From Marsupella aquatica (Eukaryota; Plantae; Marchantiophyta): a stretch of 64,000 nt of DNA. Location of the stretch: the NCBI GenBank assembly GCA_973895155.1, contig OZ316892.1:12774238-12838237 (forward strand), written 5' to 3'. Of this stretch, positions 1 through 14,100 are shown one piece after another. Within the stretch, counting starts at the first letter, position 1; every line of letters begins with the position of its first letter. The translations under genes were made by a program, and so were the position numbers. The notes below the pieces were generated by a model that ran no database searches, was not told the origin of the DNA, and worked only from the letters and a program-made list of their open reading frames with translations.

Positions 1-120
1 TAAACCAAGTAAAAGTCCTGTACTTGTTTATGCATGATGGGTCAGAGAAAAATAAGTGAGGACCTTGGGCCCATTTTTTCAGAGGGTAAGTGATCACTCA
101 ACTTGGTTAAACACAGAAGA

Positions 121-346
121 TCCTAAGTCCCTGAGATCACCTCATTGGAGAATCTAACTGTTTCCATCACCCCGGAGCAAAGTGCATTAGCGACACGCCC
201 ACTGTGAGGGTGGATTAGGGGACTTGGGAAATATCCTAAGTCCCTGAGATCACCTCATTGGAGAATCTAACTGTTTCCATCACCCCGGAGCAAAGTGCAT
301 TAGCGACACGCCCACTGTGAGGGTGGATTAGGGGACTTGGGAAATA
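121..346. repeat. Perfect tandem duplication of a 113-bp unit that is itself an imperfect inverted repeat
   Basis: 121-233 is identical to 234-346. The unit begins TCCTAAGTCCC and has GGGACTTGGGA near its end (10/11 inverted match). Confidence 0.9.
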
Positions 347-649
347 GGGAGGCGAGGTGGGGCGGAATTTGCATGCAGGTCAGAACTCTGCCTAGCAGAT
401 CAATAGAGAGAATGTTCAAATCCCACCCCAGGGCAATGGAAACCATCAATGTATTTCATGGGACAATCTCAGGGCTATAAGATCTCTTGTGGCTGACGAG
501 GGTAAAATCATTTATTACTTGACACAAACAAGTGAGTTCGTAATAATTCATCTAAAAAGGTTGACAGTTTGTGATATTTGACCCATAAAATGACAAATAT
601 ACATCATGTGCCAATGAACAAAAAGAGTCTTAGCGGGGAACAGATCCCT

Positions 650-910
650 TACCCAGGAGACCCAATAAATGGGAGAAAAGCAGGAACAACACAAGAAGAC
701 TAAAAAGTCCAAGACTCCCCGCAAAAGCAAAAGAACTGAAGTCCTACTGAAAAGCCTGGTAAAAGCTCTGCACAAATAGTGATAATTGACAAACATCCCA
801 AAACCAGGAGACCCAATAAATGTGAGAAAACCAGGGAAAAAAGCAATAGAACTGAAATTATAATGGGAAACTTACTGAAAAGCCTGGAAAAGCTCTGCAC
901 AAATAGTCAT
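650..910. repeat. Diverged direct repeat, member of a dispersed family (also about 8540-8750, 11570-12340, 23330-23580)
   Basis: CCAGGAGACCCAATAAAT and ACTGAAAAGCCTGG...AGCTCTGCACAAATAGT occur twice here. Related motifs (ACTGAAAAGCCTGGTAGAGCTC, GAATTTGTCTAGAAG) recur at the other loci. Confidence 0.6.
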
Positions 911-1833
911 ACTTGACAGAAAAGGGAAGACTAGTCAAACCCCAGTACTAGTAAGATCCCATCGAAGTAGTATGCATGTAGTGACGCCCTGTTTACAGGT
1001 ATTGTGTGCCATTATGCCCCCATAAGCAAGAGCTTCAAGTCTAGTTCTGAATGGCTATTGTTGCCCGTAAAGCTCTGATCATAGGATCTTTATATACTTG
1101 AAGGCTCAAGAGATATTGTTCTATGTTTCCAATCTTTACCAAAAGTACAGTGAAATTTTCAGGATTTGTTAATCCAGAAGTTGACTGACCCCTCAGCATT
1201 GTATGATGAATAATTCAACCAAAATGGTCAAAAAATCAAGGTCACTTTGATGGAAGTTTAGCGTACCTACTCCTCTAGCAGACACTCAAAACTAAAAAGT
1301 ATTGGAATTTATGAACATCAAATTATTGCAATTAAAACTCAAATTTTGGGAAACGTGGTCCATGGGAGTTTCAAAGACCAATGTTGTGGTCCATGGGGCC
1401 ATCTTTTTCCTAATTATGCCATTAGAATTATAAAAATCACAAAAGGCATTAAGCTCTGAAATATTCCCACAAAAAACGATGTTGACCCGTAAGTCTCACC
1501 ATTAGCGATGGAAAACCCATCTGTCAGACTTATGCAAAGTCCTTTTGGGCGCAAGAAACAATGAAAAAGCATACCTCCTTTTTGTGCTCATGGAAGCGAG
1601 CGTGTGGTGCCATTTAACAATTTGCAATAATCGGAGACGAGACGTGGATTGGACAGTCTCCCCTAGTGCACCTACCTACAGCAATGCATGCCACCGGGCC
1701 CAAGTGAGCATGGATAGAAACAATCCAAAAGCCAAACAGGCCAAAGCTCTGAACACGCAGATCTGAGAGGAATCAATTTCGAAAGACCAACCCCCCTCCC
1801 TGTAGGCAGTCAATCAATGATGTCCTGCACTCA

Positions 1834-1924
1834 GCTAGGCTAGGCCTAGGCTAGGCTAGGCTAGGCTAGGCTATGCTAGGCATTTAGGCAAGGCAAGGCA
1901 AGGCTAGGCTAGGCTAGGCTAGGC
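1834..1924. repeat. Compound pentanucleotide microsatellite (GCTAG/GCAAG)n
   Basis: Directly visible run of CTAGG and CAAGG units. Confidence 0.9.
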
Positions 1925-4794
1925 GAGAGGAGACCGTGAGAGGCAGAGCACAAGAGCATCGAGAAATTTCGTGGCTCTCTTCCCCAAGAAACAAACAAAC
2001 AGACAGCATTCCGATGAGACAGGACGGTCCATGCCTATCGTTTCTTTCCCCGTTCGAACGGTAAATTCTGCTCAAAAAGTTGGTACCTATCGTCTACTCC
2101 CCAAATCTGAGAGCATATGAAACGCAGAGAAAAACAAACTGCTGCCAACAGGGCGACGCTGCTGACATATGGACTACGAGACTTCTACATAATGATGGCC
2201 TACCTCCACAGGAACACGATGTAGGCACTAGCCACTAGCTTTAGGGTGAGTGTTGCTGGCCGTCCCTTTAGGGAAAGATTTTATTCAAGGGATTATAGTA
2301 TATTTTAATATACTAACCCAATGTTCGTGAGACGTGAGTCGCAGAGGATTGTACCTGTAGACAGTGAATTGATGTTGAAAGGAGGTGTATGAAGTAGACA
2401 GTGAATTGATGTTGAAAGGAGGTGTTATGAAACATAAGTGAGATTCATAAGTGAGATGGCCAGGTAATTACTCGATTACACCTAGTGTCCTAGCAACTAG
2501 ATTTCAAAGAGAGTGGTTGCATAGAGCGTAACTAGTTGGGCATGGAAAAGGTGCACAAAGGACACATTGAGGCCCATCTTATGATTAGGGAAATTTTCAT
2601 CATAATCCAACTGGTGGGAGGCCTTCCTGCAAGAATGACAGTTTGTATACAAACCATGAAGTTTTTTGGGACCAATTGCAAATACATATAATCACCATAT
2701 AGCATGCTCATCCTGGAACATGCTTTATTTTTTGTCTTGTAGTGATCTGAAAGTAAATAAAATATGAGAGCATAGAAGTGCTGTTTATAAGTAAAGTGTC
2801 TGTCAAGAAAAGCACAGTGACCAAGAAAAGGTACAGTCAAACAATGCTACTATGTGTGCACTTAACTCAGGGTGCCTTATGAATGACACTCCTTTCAATA
2901 AAAACCATAAACCTAGGAAAGAAAAACATGAGGAGAACTTAAAAGGCTATGCATTCATGTTCTTTTGCATCATTTCTCTCACTCGTGGTGGTGGAGCCTT
3001 TGGTTTCATCTCTAAGAAAACCCATACTGTGAAAGGGGGCTGCCAAAATAAGTTCAAAACACTCTAGAATACCTAAAACTAAAGGGGTCTAAAAATTAAT
3101 TAAAAATGTATAAAATACAAAGGCTGCCCCTTGATAAGGCAGATTGAAATGAAAATACATGACACAAAAATCTGAATAAGACAAAATTTGAAATGTGCAT
3201 TCACCATATAGCAGCTTCAAAAATTTCTAGAAATAATCGGCCAAGATAATTCCCTCTAGAAATAATCGGCCAAGATAGTCTCCAAGTACAGTAGTCTCTC
3301 CGCAGGTGCAAGCTCCCACAAAGATCCAATGTGCACTGAATGTGAGCTTGCACTAACCGATAAGTGAAAAAACATGGAGTTTTGCAATTATCAATAAAGG
3401 TACAGTGCCTTCATGTGCTATGGGTCCCTTTTTGGCAGTGAACATTCTACTGGCGCCCACCATTCATTGCACATTTTTGCCCTAAACTTGATCTCTACCT
3501 CTTAAGTGAGATTTTACTCGACAGAAAAATATCCTGTAGTTATCAGTAAGCGTAGATGTTGGATTGTCCTCTCTCTGATAAGTGTTCACGTACACTTATC
3601 AAGGGTTGGACTTATACATTTGTCAAATAAGCAAAAGTATTATGGACCTGTTTTCACTTGAAAATGGTTGCCCAATAATCAAACTCTTCCACACTGTTGG
3701 CAGAAATGGTGGAATCTTGCAAGTTTATGCCACTACAAAACATGTTGCTTGTAGGTCTTTAGTAACGAGGCTGCATTAACTGTATTTCATTGAGATCTTA
3801 CAGCTCATGTAAGGTTTCAAGTGCAGTCATCTCTCTCTAAGTGCACAGTCCATACTGAAAACCATGGGTAGTTGCAAGGCCTCATCCTCTTCCCTACTTT
3901 TCACTTCATAAAAGTGCAAACTCTTCCCCACTTTTGGTACATTTTTTTTGGATTTTTGCCTTCCACCACCCAGTTCCCCACCAAGCCACATACCCAATTA
4001 GCCAGGACGTAATGGTCCCCTTAAATTTAGGATCATCTGACCATCACAAATTAATTTAAATCAAGAGTGTCTAGCATCTTCTCCTTTGCACAAGGTGACA
4101 CTGGTGTGATGCCTTGCTGGGTATCACTTTATGATAAATGTAAGGATAATTCCCTTATAATGTACACAAAGAGCTTAGGACATAAAGGAATATAGTTAGA
4201 AACAACAAAAACCAGTCAATAAGTAAGGAGGTTGTATGGAACCATTTTGGAGGAAGTAATTGGGCCTGTATTCTTTGATATTAGGGAGGCAGTTTTGGTT
4301 AGTCAGTATGGCCAACTGGCAGGATACGTATGAGAGTGACTACTCTTTGTGAGTGGTGGTAAACAGGTAGTCCAAGGTTTAGAGAGGGAAATTGGAAAGT
4401 CACTTCATTCTGTGCTTTCCACCCTAAACAAAGACTAATCGGGAGGGAGCACTGGTAATTGTCAATTGAAAGATTTAAGGGTCAGGGTTGAAGGTACTTA
4501 GAGATTTTCCTCTGTATAAACGACTATCTCAAGATGGGGAAAAATCAATCAGGCTGAACACTTTTTGGGTTGTCTGATTCATTACTGTCAGCCACTGTCT
4601 TGTTGCTTCTTACTCGGCTTCTTACAAAGAAATTTATTCCAAGAAGGCAATCAATAAGAGAGCAGACATTGAAAAGCTTTGGGACTTGTTGCACAAAGCA
4701 CTTGCAGAAGGCAAATACATTGATAACAAGTTTTTGTGGATGCCGTCTTCATACCAAATTGGATGAATTGATGTTGGAGAAAGGATAACTCCAC

Positions 4795-5329
4795 AGCATG
4801 TGATTTATAATTGTTTTGGTGAATTATTGAAGTTTGCCAACAATGAGAGAGTGCAGAAGAGAAGGCTATTGGTGTGAAGATTTGGAGCATCCAATAAATA
4901 GATGTCTAGAGGCCCAGGCAAAACGGGAGGCAGCTATTGAGGCTCCATCAAAGAAAAGACAGATAGTACAAGAAATCTTGAAGACAAAGAATTTAAGAAG
5001 TGGGAGGCAATTATACCCTATCAAACTCTTTGCCAACTCAGGGATGGAGACAAGCATGTGATTTATAATTGTTTGGTGAATTATTGAAGTTTGCCAACAA
5101 TGAGAGAGTGAAGAAGAGAAGGTTATTGGTGTGAAGATTTGGAGCGTCCAATAAGTAGATGTCTAGCACAGGAGGGCGGAGGCCCACTGGCCCAGGCAAA
5201 ACGGGAGGCAGCTATTGAGGCTCCATCAAACAAAAGGACAGATAGTACAAGAAATCTTGAAGACAAAGAATTTAAGAAGTGGGAGGCAATTATACCCTAT
5301 CAAACTCTTTGCCAACTAAGGATGGAGAC
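4795..5329. repeat. Tandem duplication, about 258-bp unit x2
   Basis: AGCATGTGATTTATAATTG starts at 4795 and at 5053. Both copies end GATGGAGAC, and the second has a short insertion near 5170. Confidence 0.9.
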
Positions 5330-5365
5330 TGTCTTTTAATGCAATATAACCCAAGGCCATTGTAG

Positions 5366-5751
5366 TAATATCTCCAACCCAACTGGGTTTTGCTATCAGT
5401 GGGTGGTGACCAAACCCAGTAAAGAAAATCTAAAAATTCAAGTCCAACCCTCTAACACTAACTGGATTCAAGAACGGGTTTTTTTCATTACTGGATCTGT
5501 ATATGGGAGAGATTCTACAGTAGTTGAGTCCCTTACTGGGTTAGCCACTAGGTTTCAAGATCTCCATCTACAACTGTCAGATCTTGATACATGCTGTTTA
5601 GCAAAGATTACCCGTTTAGCAAAGATTAGCCCATCACGGTTGGGGTTGCTTTTCAGTTGGCCCCTAAATATGCCTATAGTAAATTAAATAAAGGACGCTG
5701 TCAGTATTTAATGTACCCAGTCAACAAAATCCCATTGGGTTGCAGATGCTC
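5366..5751. mobile_element. Tourist/PIF-type MITE
   Basis: Left ATCTCCAACCCAACTGGG pairs with right CCCATTGGGTTGCAGATGCTC, which is followed by TAA. This matches the GAGCATCTCCAA-type TIR of PIF/Tourist MITEs. Confidence 0.55.
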
Positions 5752-8700
5752 TAAAGGAGTGAATACAAGATTATGCCACGGAACTTTGTGCTTTGGGTTG
5801 GAGATATAAACACTCAACTTGAGAGGGGGGAATTAGAGTGTCTCAAAGTTGAAAATTTTGATCTACCTTAATTCCCGATACAAAAGGTTACGGACTACTA
5901 TATTTTATAGTCCATAACTTTTTATCATAAGGATTGGTCCAATTTAAGTTTAAAGTAAAACGCTTCTCAAATTTCATGTCACTAAAAAGTCTTGGGCACT
6001 TTTAACCAAAAAATAATTATTTAATTTTTTTCAATTAGCCCAGTTTCCACCTAGGCACCGACCCCATTAGCGTCATCCTTTTATACAAAGCGATCTCAGC
6101 GGTCAAAATTAGTCCACGCAATTAGCGAAAGAACTTTTCTAGCATGTTCTCCTTCGCACAAGGTGACATTCGCTACACAGCCACAGAGAAAGAAGAAGAA
6201 AGAAAGGGACCCGATATTATACAGCAGGTGGTGTCCTTTACAGAGGCCGTGGTCGCCAGGCGGACGGGAAAGAGACTGCGGTCGTCCTCCGAACCGATAA
6301 GAAGGTCCCGGAAAATGGGGCCCGGCTGCCGTCACGCTGAGGGCAGAGCTACTACAGGTCTAAGTGATCATTATTACGCCATGACGAGCATACGGGGCTA
6401 CGGGCAGAATACACAAGAGTATATTTCAGGAGGACGCACAGTACGGTATTGTACTTTTTAAAGACTGAAAACATTCCGTCGCGCATCTTCAAAGATTAGA
6501 AGTATATGTTGACCCTTGGGCTGCTTCCAGGTCAAGCTTGACCCACCATAAAGTTCACTTGGGAGAATTTGTTTGGTAAGGTGGAGTTTTGGGGTACCTA
6601 AATTCCATTGGGCCTCTCAAACCAACTGTTCCTTGGAGGTTTCCCATGTCTGCAATGTTGCGAGCCAGGTGACTGGTCAAAAATATGTGTATTCCCAAAT
6701 ATGCTACTGCAACGAACTCAGGACCCAGCAATTTTCTTGCACTGGCTCACCAGAATTTTTTGGGAAAGTTTGAGATGCCCTAATGTGCATTTGATAAGAA
6801 TAGCGTCTTTTTTAAACTTGAATGTGAAGGAGAGAAAATTTGGAGATTGCCGTCCCCACCAATAACTTGAAGCCCTCATTTACAGGTAAATCCAAACTGC
6901 CAATCTTGAGGTTCTGCAAGAAAATAATTGCGAAACCAGCCTGCTCCTTAGACCTCCATTCTCATCAATGACAGAAAATATACATCACAATGTTGACTTG
7001 AAATAATTTATTTGACAAGGAGGCCTGTTGAAGTCGAGTTTTTGGACAACCAACAAATATACATTTGATAAGACCCCAGCTCCTTTTCACACACTAAGTC
7101 ATCAATTGAAGCAGATGACAAGAACTCTCTGGATCAATTTTTCCCTGATAGTTGGGTATTGGTGAGGGTTACAAACACAAACTATGGGAGCTTTATATAC
7201 TTAGTAGACTCTTTTATTTATATTTTATGAATAGTGCTCCTTTTTGCAACTGTGAACTGAACCAGATGGAACAAAAATTTGCAGATTGCCCCCATGGGTA
7301 ACTTGTATCTCTTATTTAGAGGCAAAATCCACAGATATCGTCAGTATTTGGACAAAAGGGGTTAGCTAGACCAGTCTGCTATTCAGACCTCTAATTTATA
7401 AATGCCACCCTGAATGCCACAAGACAAATCACAAAGCTCACCTGAAAGAATTTATCTGGTGAGGAGGCCCATTGATGTAGATGTTTACTAGGGGAACACC
7501 AATAAATATACATTTGATAAGACTGGTGCTCCTTTTCACACCCTAAACTGTCCCCTGAACCAGATGGGGGGGGGGGGGGGCATTTTGTGATGGCCCTCCC
7601 CACAAGTCTCTATATATCTAGAGATCAGCTTCCAAATCCTAACTGTTGAATGTCAGTTTTGTAAGAAAGGCAGTTCCCAAAACCAGCCTGGTAGTTAGAA
7701 CCCCATAGTCATCAACCACAGAAAGACATCCAAATCCATACATTGTACATTTGAAGGTATGAAATTACAAGTGGAGGAATGGAGGTCAATTCAGGTCCTT
7801 TTGGTGGGGTTGTGGATTACCAATGGAAACATTCTCATTTCAATGTCTGAAAACGCACTGCTATGTCTATTGTTTGGGTGAGCTGGTGGAGATGCTCTAA
7901 CTGTGAACTAATGGTTTTTGGAGTGAGCAAAACGAGTCCTATAATACCCTGTCAACAGTCCAGTCAAGGGGGTAATCCGGCTTCTGCCCTCATGCATCAG
8001 TGGAAGTGTGGTTCTTTTTCAAAACACCAGCTGAGACTGGATGTTAACAAACTCAAATTACAAAGGACATTTCAAACAGTTAATTCATAACCGCGATAGG
8101 TTTACCAATTTCTCTCACTGGGAACAGTGATCCACACGCTCCAACAAATACAAAGGGGAAATGTCTGAAGTGGCCTAGGAGTAAAAGTTGTATGTGTGTA
8201 AACTGGATCATATCTCTCCTGCATGGTAAGTAAAGTAGTTAAGAAAGAATAAATTGGCAGATTTATAGAAATAACATAAATTGGGCAAAAGTATTCGTTC
8301 AGTCTTGTTAGAGGCACTTTTATATAACCACATACATTCTAAAACAAAGTCTCCAAACTTAACCTAATGCCAACTTTGGGTGCCAAACTAAACTAGCCAT
8401 TTGACTGCTACATCTCTACATAGCCAAGTGTACAAAACTTTGGCCTGCCTCTCGGCATAACTTAATGTTTTGGCACAACATTCACGCCTTGCAAAGTTTA
8501 AGCTGGGCCCATTTCCTGGTAGGATTGGGATAGAATTTGGAACTAAAGCAACAAACTGAAAAGTCTAGTTAAGCTCCAGAGTAAAACGGATGGGAGGGTC
8601 GTGAAGGGGGATTTGTCCAGAGGCAAGCTGGACCCTCTTTTGTTTGTTCTTTTGTACTCTGTTTGGTCAGATTCTGTAAAAAGTTTGTATTTTGGCTTTT

Positions 8701-10941
8701 AACCAGAGTCTAATCCCTACAAACACTAGTGAATGCTTGAGCCCTCTACGCTACAACAAACTATCGCAAATTGATGCCTCCCTGTTGAGTATGTGCCCAT
8801 TAGCCATTTGCACATCCTCCTAGCAAAGGCTTTTTCTCTCAAATTGCTTCTTGTAAAGTAGTCACCATATTTGGATATGTTCTGCATGCGATCCCTTATA
8901 TAGAACCTTCAGCAACTCAGCACTTGAGCTCAGCTGCACAAATCCCTAAAAGACTCATTGGAGAGGCTAGAAAGATGCCCATGACTCCTTTGTTTGGCCC
9001 TTAGTTTTTAGTAACGTACGTTGGCCTTTTTCTGCCATTCCCATGATTTCAACCAGAACATTGGGGGAAAAATCATATAGGTCCACTTGAGCCTAACTTT
9101 TGGTTTGTCACAAACACTCAACATACCAGGTCTCTTTTCAAAAAGGCTGTTGGTCACACCAGACTGAACGTATATAATGGAGATTGCATAAGCCAAAAAG
9201 GCCCACACCTCCACCTGGGGACCTCCCATAACAACTACAGTACTTTTCATTTGCTTTTCAAAACAAAATCTGTGATTAATACTATGACATCCTTTTTTAT
9301 TATATATTAAATTAAATGTGTAAAATATGCTGAGCAAACAATTGTTACTTGTAAGACATCATGCACATGTGCAACATTTCATGAGCACATTGTAAGTAAT
9401 ACACACAAGAGATACAAGGTTCACCTCTCTAGAAGTTATGTTCATTGATATACACAAGAGATCTTTATTGAATCTCATTTTCAATTCTAAACCTGTTGAT
9501 CATACATAGTCTTCACAAACTAAGCTCTTCCTATCTCTCAACTGACTCCATAACATTGAGTCTAAGTCTCCCCATGAGATTCCCCCGGGGGATAGTGAGT
9601 TCTCCATTATTTGCTAGCCCTTCCCACCATACCTTCACCCTCAATGAGGTTCAACCATCCAGCACTCAACAGAGCATGTGTAGACTAGTATCTATGACCA
9701 AAAACTACCAAATTTTGGTCCCCCCTCTCATACAGCTGGAGGGGATTTATGCCTCTAAGTGTTGGTGGGGGCAATGAAGTGTCATCTTGGGTTAGTCAAG
9801 TCGAGCTAAACAGACCCACAATCAAATTGGGGAGCAACGTGGGTAATTAAATTAATTTGGAGAAACCAAATAAAAAACTGATATTACGAAGTAGAGCGAA
9901 TTGATAACCAGCTGTAAGTCTCGGTAGACGGAGTCCGTGGAGTCGTAGACGGTAGCTGTGGGCAGGGCAAACCGTAAGCCGCCGTGTCCAGCCCACGGGA
10001 CGACGTACACTACCGAAACGCGACTAAGCACTAAGACGAACGCTTTTTGATGACAAAAGAAAACAAACAAACTACGGTGGACGGAGGGCACGGACAAGCC
10101 ATGATTGGTGGAGCCTGCAACTTGTCTGTCCTGGGCAAACGGGTCAGGCCGAAGCGGGCAGCGAAGGGCAGGGCAGAGAGGGCAGGGCAGGGTAGCCCAG
10201 ATGGATTTGCAGGCACAACAAGACTGCGGGACAATTGAGTACAAACCAGTCGTACAAACGGTACTGACTTGACCTTGGTTAATTAACACAATCATCATCG
10301 ATCAGAGGCGTTGGCAGGACGGGTAGTCTGTTGTCAATGATCATCAGTGCCACCGGCAGACAGGTGCCAGAGTCCAGACTAGGTTACGAGTGGCTACTGT
10401 AGTAACAGTGACTTATAAATTCCGAACAGGGTATTTTTTTGAGAGTAAACATATATACCAAAGGGCGTCTTAAACTTTGAAATTTGCAGAAACAAACTTG
10501 GTTTGAAACTACCAATTTTGTTCAAGGGCAAGAGTCCGGGGACAAGTTTTTTTGTATCCACCACTTGTTTTCAAAGAATTTGGCTTACACCACGAGCGGA
10601 GGCAGAAAGAAAAGATTTGAGACACCCTCATAAAAAGAATGGCACCAGGCAGAGGCTGGATGGGGGGAAGTTTAGGGTTTACATGATATGGCACTAAACT
10701 ACTCTGGGGACATGTAGTGGGGCTCATAATTTTTCCAAGCTAACCCCTCTAGCTGTAAAAGCCGGGTAAGTAACGGGGACCAGACTGCGATAGTTTTCCT
10801 CATAGATAGTAGTCAACATGTGTGTTAGGTATTTACTCTTACGTCTAGGGTTACAATAGGTAACTGTCATTAGGCTAACCATGGTCGGAGACGTGGTTAG
10901 GTTAACTAAGTTACACACTATATCCAAAGCGGTGCTTGCTA

Positions 10942-11118
<177 letters not shown>

Positions 11119-14100
11119 TTAGTAAAGCTCTTTTGTGTGTTCCCGTGGAGGTGAACCACATATCTCTTGTGTCGACTACTTGCGCGTTGGATGTGTCATG
11201 TGCTTACCGTTGCGATTGTCATCTATGCTCAAAAATGTGACCTGGTGCAAGACGGATGGGGGAACCTGGTCCAGGGCGAGTAGCATAGGCGTCTGTGAAA
11301 GGTGTGGAGGCACAATGAGAAAACATAGAGTAATTTTGGGACAGGCCCACACTTTTAAGTTTTATGATTTAGGGCAGGTTTTCTGAACTTGAGTCCTTTC
11401 CTTGCTGTAAGTTACTCTTTTTCACTTGGTTTGACCCATTGGAAACCATTAATCTAAAAAAGGTAGTAGGTCATGATATCATGATATGTGACCAAAACAA
11501 GGCGACAATCTTCTCTGGGAGTTTTTGCTGGAGCTCAGTTAAATAAACTCTCCTAGGCAATGGCCCTGAAAATGGCAGAAGGGGTTCCCGGAGAAGAATT
11601 TGTCTAGAAGTTAGAACAAAGCTCCTCATAAATGACACATGAGGCTCCTGGAGAAGAATTGGAAGTTAGAGTTTGGGGTTCTTATAAGGAACTCCTGAAG
11701 TCATTTGCGTAAGGTATGTGGCAGCCTGGTGAGTCAGACAGACATAGGGATTGTCCAAGATGTTGGTTAAAAATAATCAGAAAGAGCAAGGACAAACAGG
11801 ACCTCTACTTGCGAACTCAATGGAAATGCATCAATGCCGCACCCCCCATTTTATTAAGCCCCCTAACCGGAGTTAGGATGAGACAAAATAAATTATATGC
11901 CCCTTGCCCACTTTTGGGATGTCCTATTTAGCAACAAACTCCAAAGCTGAGGATAACTACAAAGGAACGCAAACGCCAACCCGGGAGACATTATCCTAAT
12001 GGCCAAAAACCCAATAAAGGGGGAAAACAAAGGTCAAAACAAGGAAAACCAAAGAGCCAAAAAGCCATACTCGCAAGAGAACCAAAGCTCTACTGAACAT
12101 AAAGTCTTAAAATTCAGGTGTAAACGGCAAAGGAGGGTCTGGGGACGAATTTGGAGAGAAGTTGGAAGTGTATCTTTTCTAAGGGACTCCTAAAATTCAG
12201 GCGAAAGGAAGAATTTGTCTAGAAGTTGGAAGTGGATCTTTGCTAAGGGACTCTTAAAATTTAGGTGTAAACAGCGAAAGGAGGGTCTGGGGAAGAATTT
12301 GTGTCGAAGCTGGAAGTGGATCTTTTCTAAGGGACTCCCGAACTACTGTAATTGATGTAAGGTGTACGGGGACTTGGTGTGTCAGGAAGGCATCGAAATT
12401 GTCAAAGACGTTGGTTAAAAAATAATCGAAAAGCCGCATGAGCAAAAGGACGAAGAGGACCTCTACGTGGGAACTCCGTGAATATAGTATTTGTTTTTCC
12501 CAGTGCCCGCAGCAGAGTCTCGGGGGCAATGTGTAACGGGTACGCAAGGGGGCAGCTGGGTTGCACGCTTAAATTCTTTCCTTTGGGCAAGCGCCCAGAG
12601 CCCACACCGGCGTGCCCAGAAAGTGATTTCGTAACGGGCAGCAATGGCTGGCCGGGGCTTTGCACGAAGATTGGAGACGAGATTTGGAACCGGCTTTATT
12701 GGTTGGAACTGCCCCCCCTACCGTGCCCGTCCGTTAGGTCGGGTATGTGCCCAGAACCTGTTCAGTACTCTTTCATCTTTTCGGTAGCCTCAATAGTCCT
12801 TTCGTTTGCCCGAAAGTGTGCTGTTATTATTATTATTTTTTATATTAGACCTATTCGCAAACTCAAGGCTTTTATAATGTGCTCTTATTGTTGTTTTTAT
12901 ATCACGAGTTGTCTAATCTGCTCTTATTATTGCTTTTATATCAGACCTATCAATGAGATCCTTATAGTCGTTCATGCTTGTCTTTACAAAACTTTGGATT
13001 GTTTTTGTATTGATGTGGCTGCCAAAAGTGTTTCATGCAAAGCTTTTCTTTCATGCTCCTTTCTTCCTGCAGCGTTGTGTCAAAAAAGAGCTGCTAGTCA
13101 TTCATGGTTAAGCCAGTCTGCGGATACAGTCAGTTTGTAAAACTTGCAGGAAAACAGTCTTGATCTTTGTGGATAGGTCTAGCATCTCTATTCCCAATTC
13201 AAGATTGGAAGAAGGTGCCTGGAGTTCCTAAACCCCAGAACCTCCATGAACTGTGACACTGCTTCCACCCTGACTTAATCACAACCTCTGGCCCAATTCC
13301 AAACAAGCTTTTAAAAAAACATTCTCCCTTGATAGACAACCAAATCAGTTGCTCTTGCGGTCATTAGAAGAGCATTGCAAATTCTTCCCAACAACCCTAA
13401 TATTGCCAGTTTTCAGTAAGCACAGAGAGGGCTCAAGATGAGTCAACACTAATTTAAACATGGCACAAAAGAGAAACCCTAGGCAACTAGGTTATCTACT
13501 ACCATTCCTGCTACATGCAGGACTGGTTGCACCATGTCTATTAAGGTGTGTTTAGGTTGCCTGATTTCCATTGTAATGAAAGTGTATACTCAAAGATCTA
13601 TAAACAAATATTCCATCATTCATGCCACATTGTGGTTCAATGTCTTAGGTGCCTTACTCAAGATCATCCTTCTTATATTAATTTGCTTTCTATATGCATC
13701 CCAAGTAATGTCCATATATTCCCATATGTGATGTTTGACTGGGTATTTGCTCCTTACACCAACCAACCCCATTAACCTTTGGAGATTCTGTACGTGTGTT
13801 AACTGCTAAGGTATACCCTGAGCTCTCTTTTTTTTATCATGCTTTTGAGTCACACCAAATCTACCCGTCTCTTGCATGACTACTTCTGGCTGTTTGGTCG
13901 ATGTGCTGCAATTTACCTTTGCAACTTGTGATCCACTGTAGCAACAACACAGTTTCAAATTGTGCTTTGGGTCACCCAACATCCACTCAGGTCAATGGCT
14001 CCTGTGAAACTCCTCAACCACTCTTACGTCATGCTGTGTGCCCATTTTTATTCAGGTGCTCATGTTTTGTTAAGATGACTATTGTCAAGCAAACAATCTA

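Noticed and set aside
6500-8100. Possible LINE RT remnant (also about 13150-14270, 25100-25950, 29380-30280)
   Set aside because: Only isolated weak words (QLGFG, MEHII, EYLF). Likely TE debris but not assignable without an HMM search.
9843-10290. GC-rich island with a 148-aa minus ORF
   Set aside because: No domain similarity or splice structure. It may be regulatory, but nothing specific is supportable.
12478-13140. Longest ORF in the track (220 aa, plus strand)
   Set aside because: Non-ATG start and no recognisable motif. The second half is translated from short AT-rich repeats (YIRPI and CSY.CFYI each twice), so it is probably spurious.
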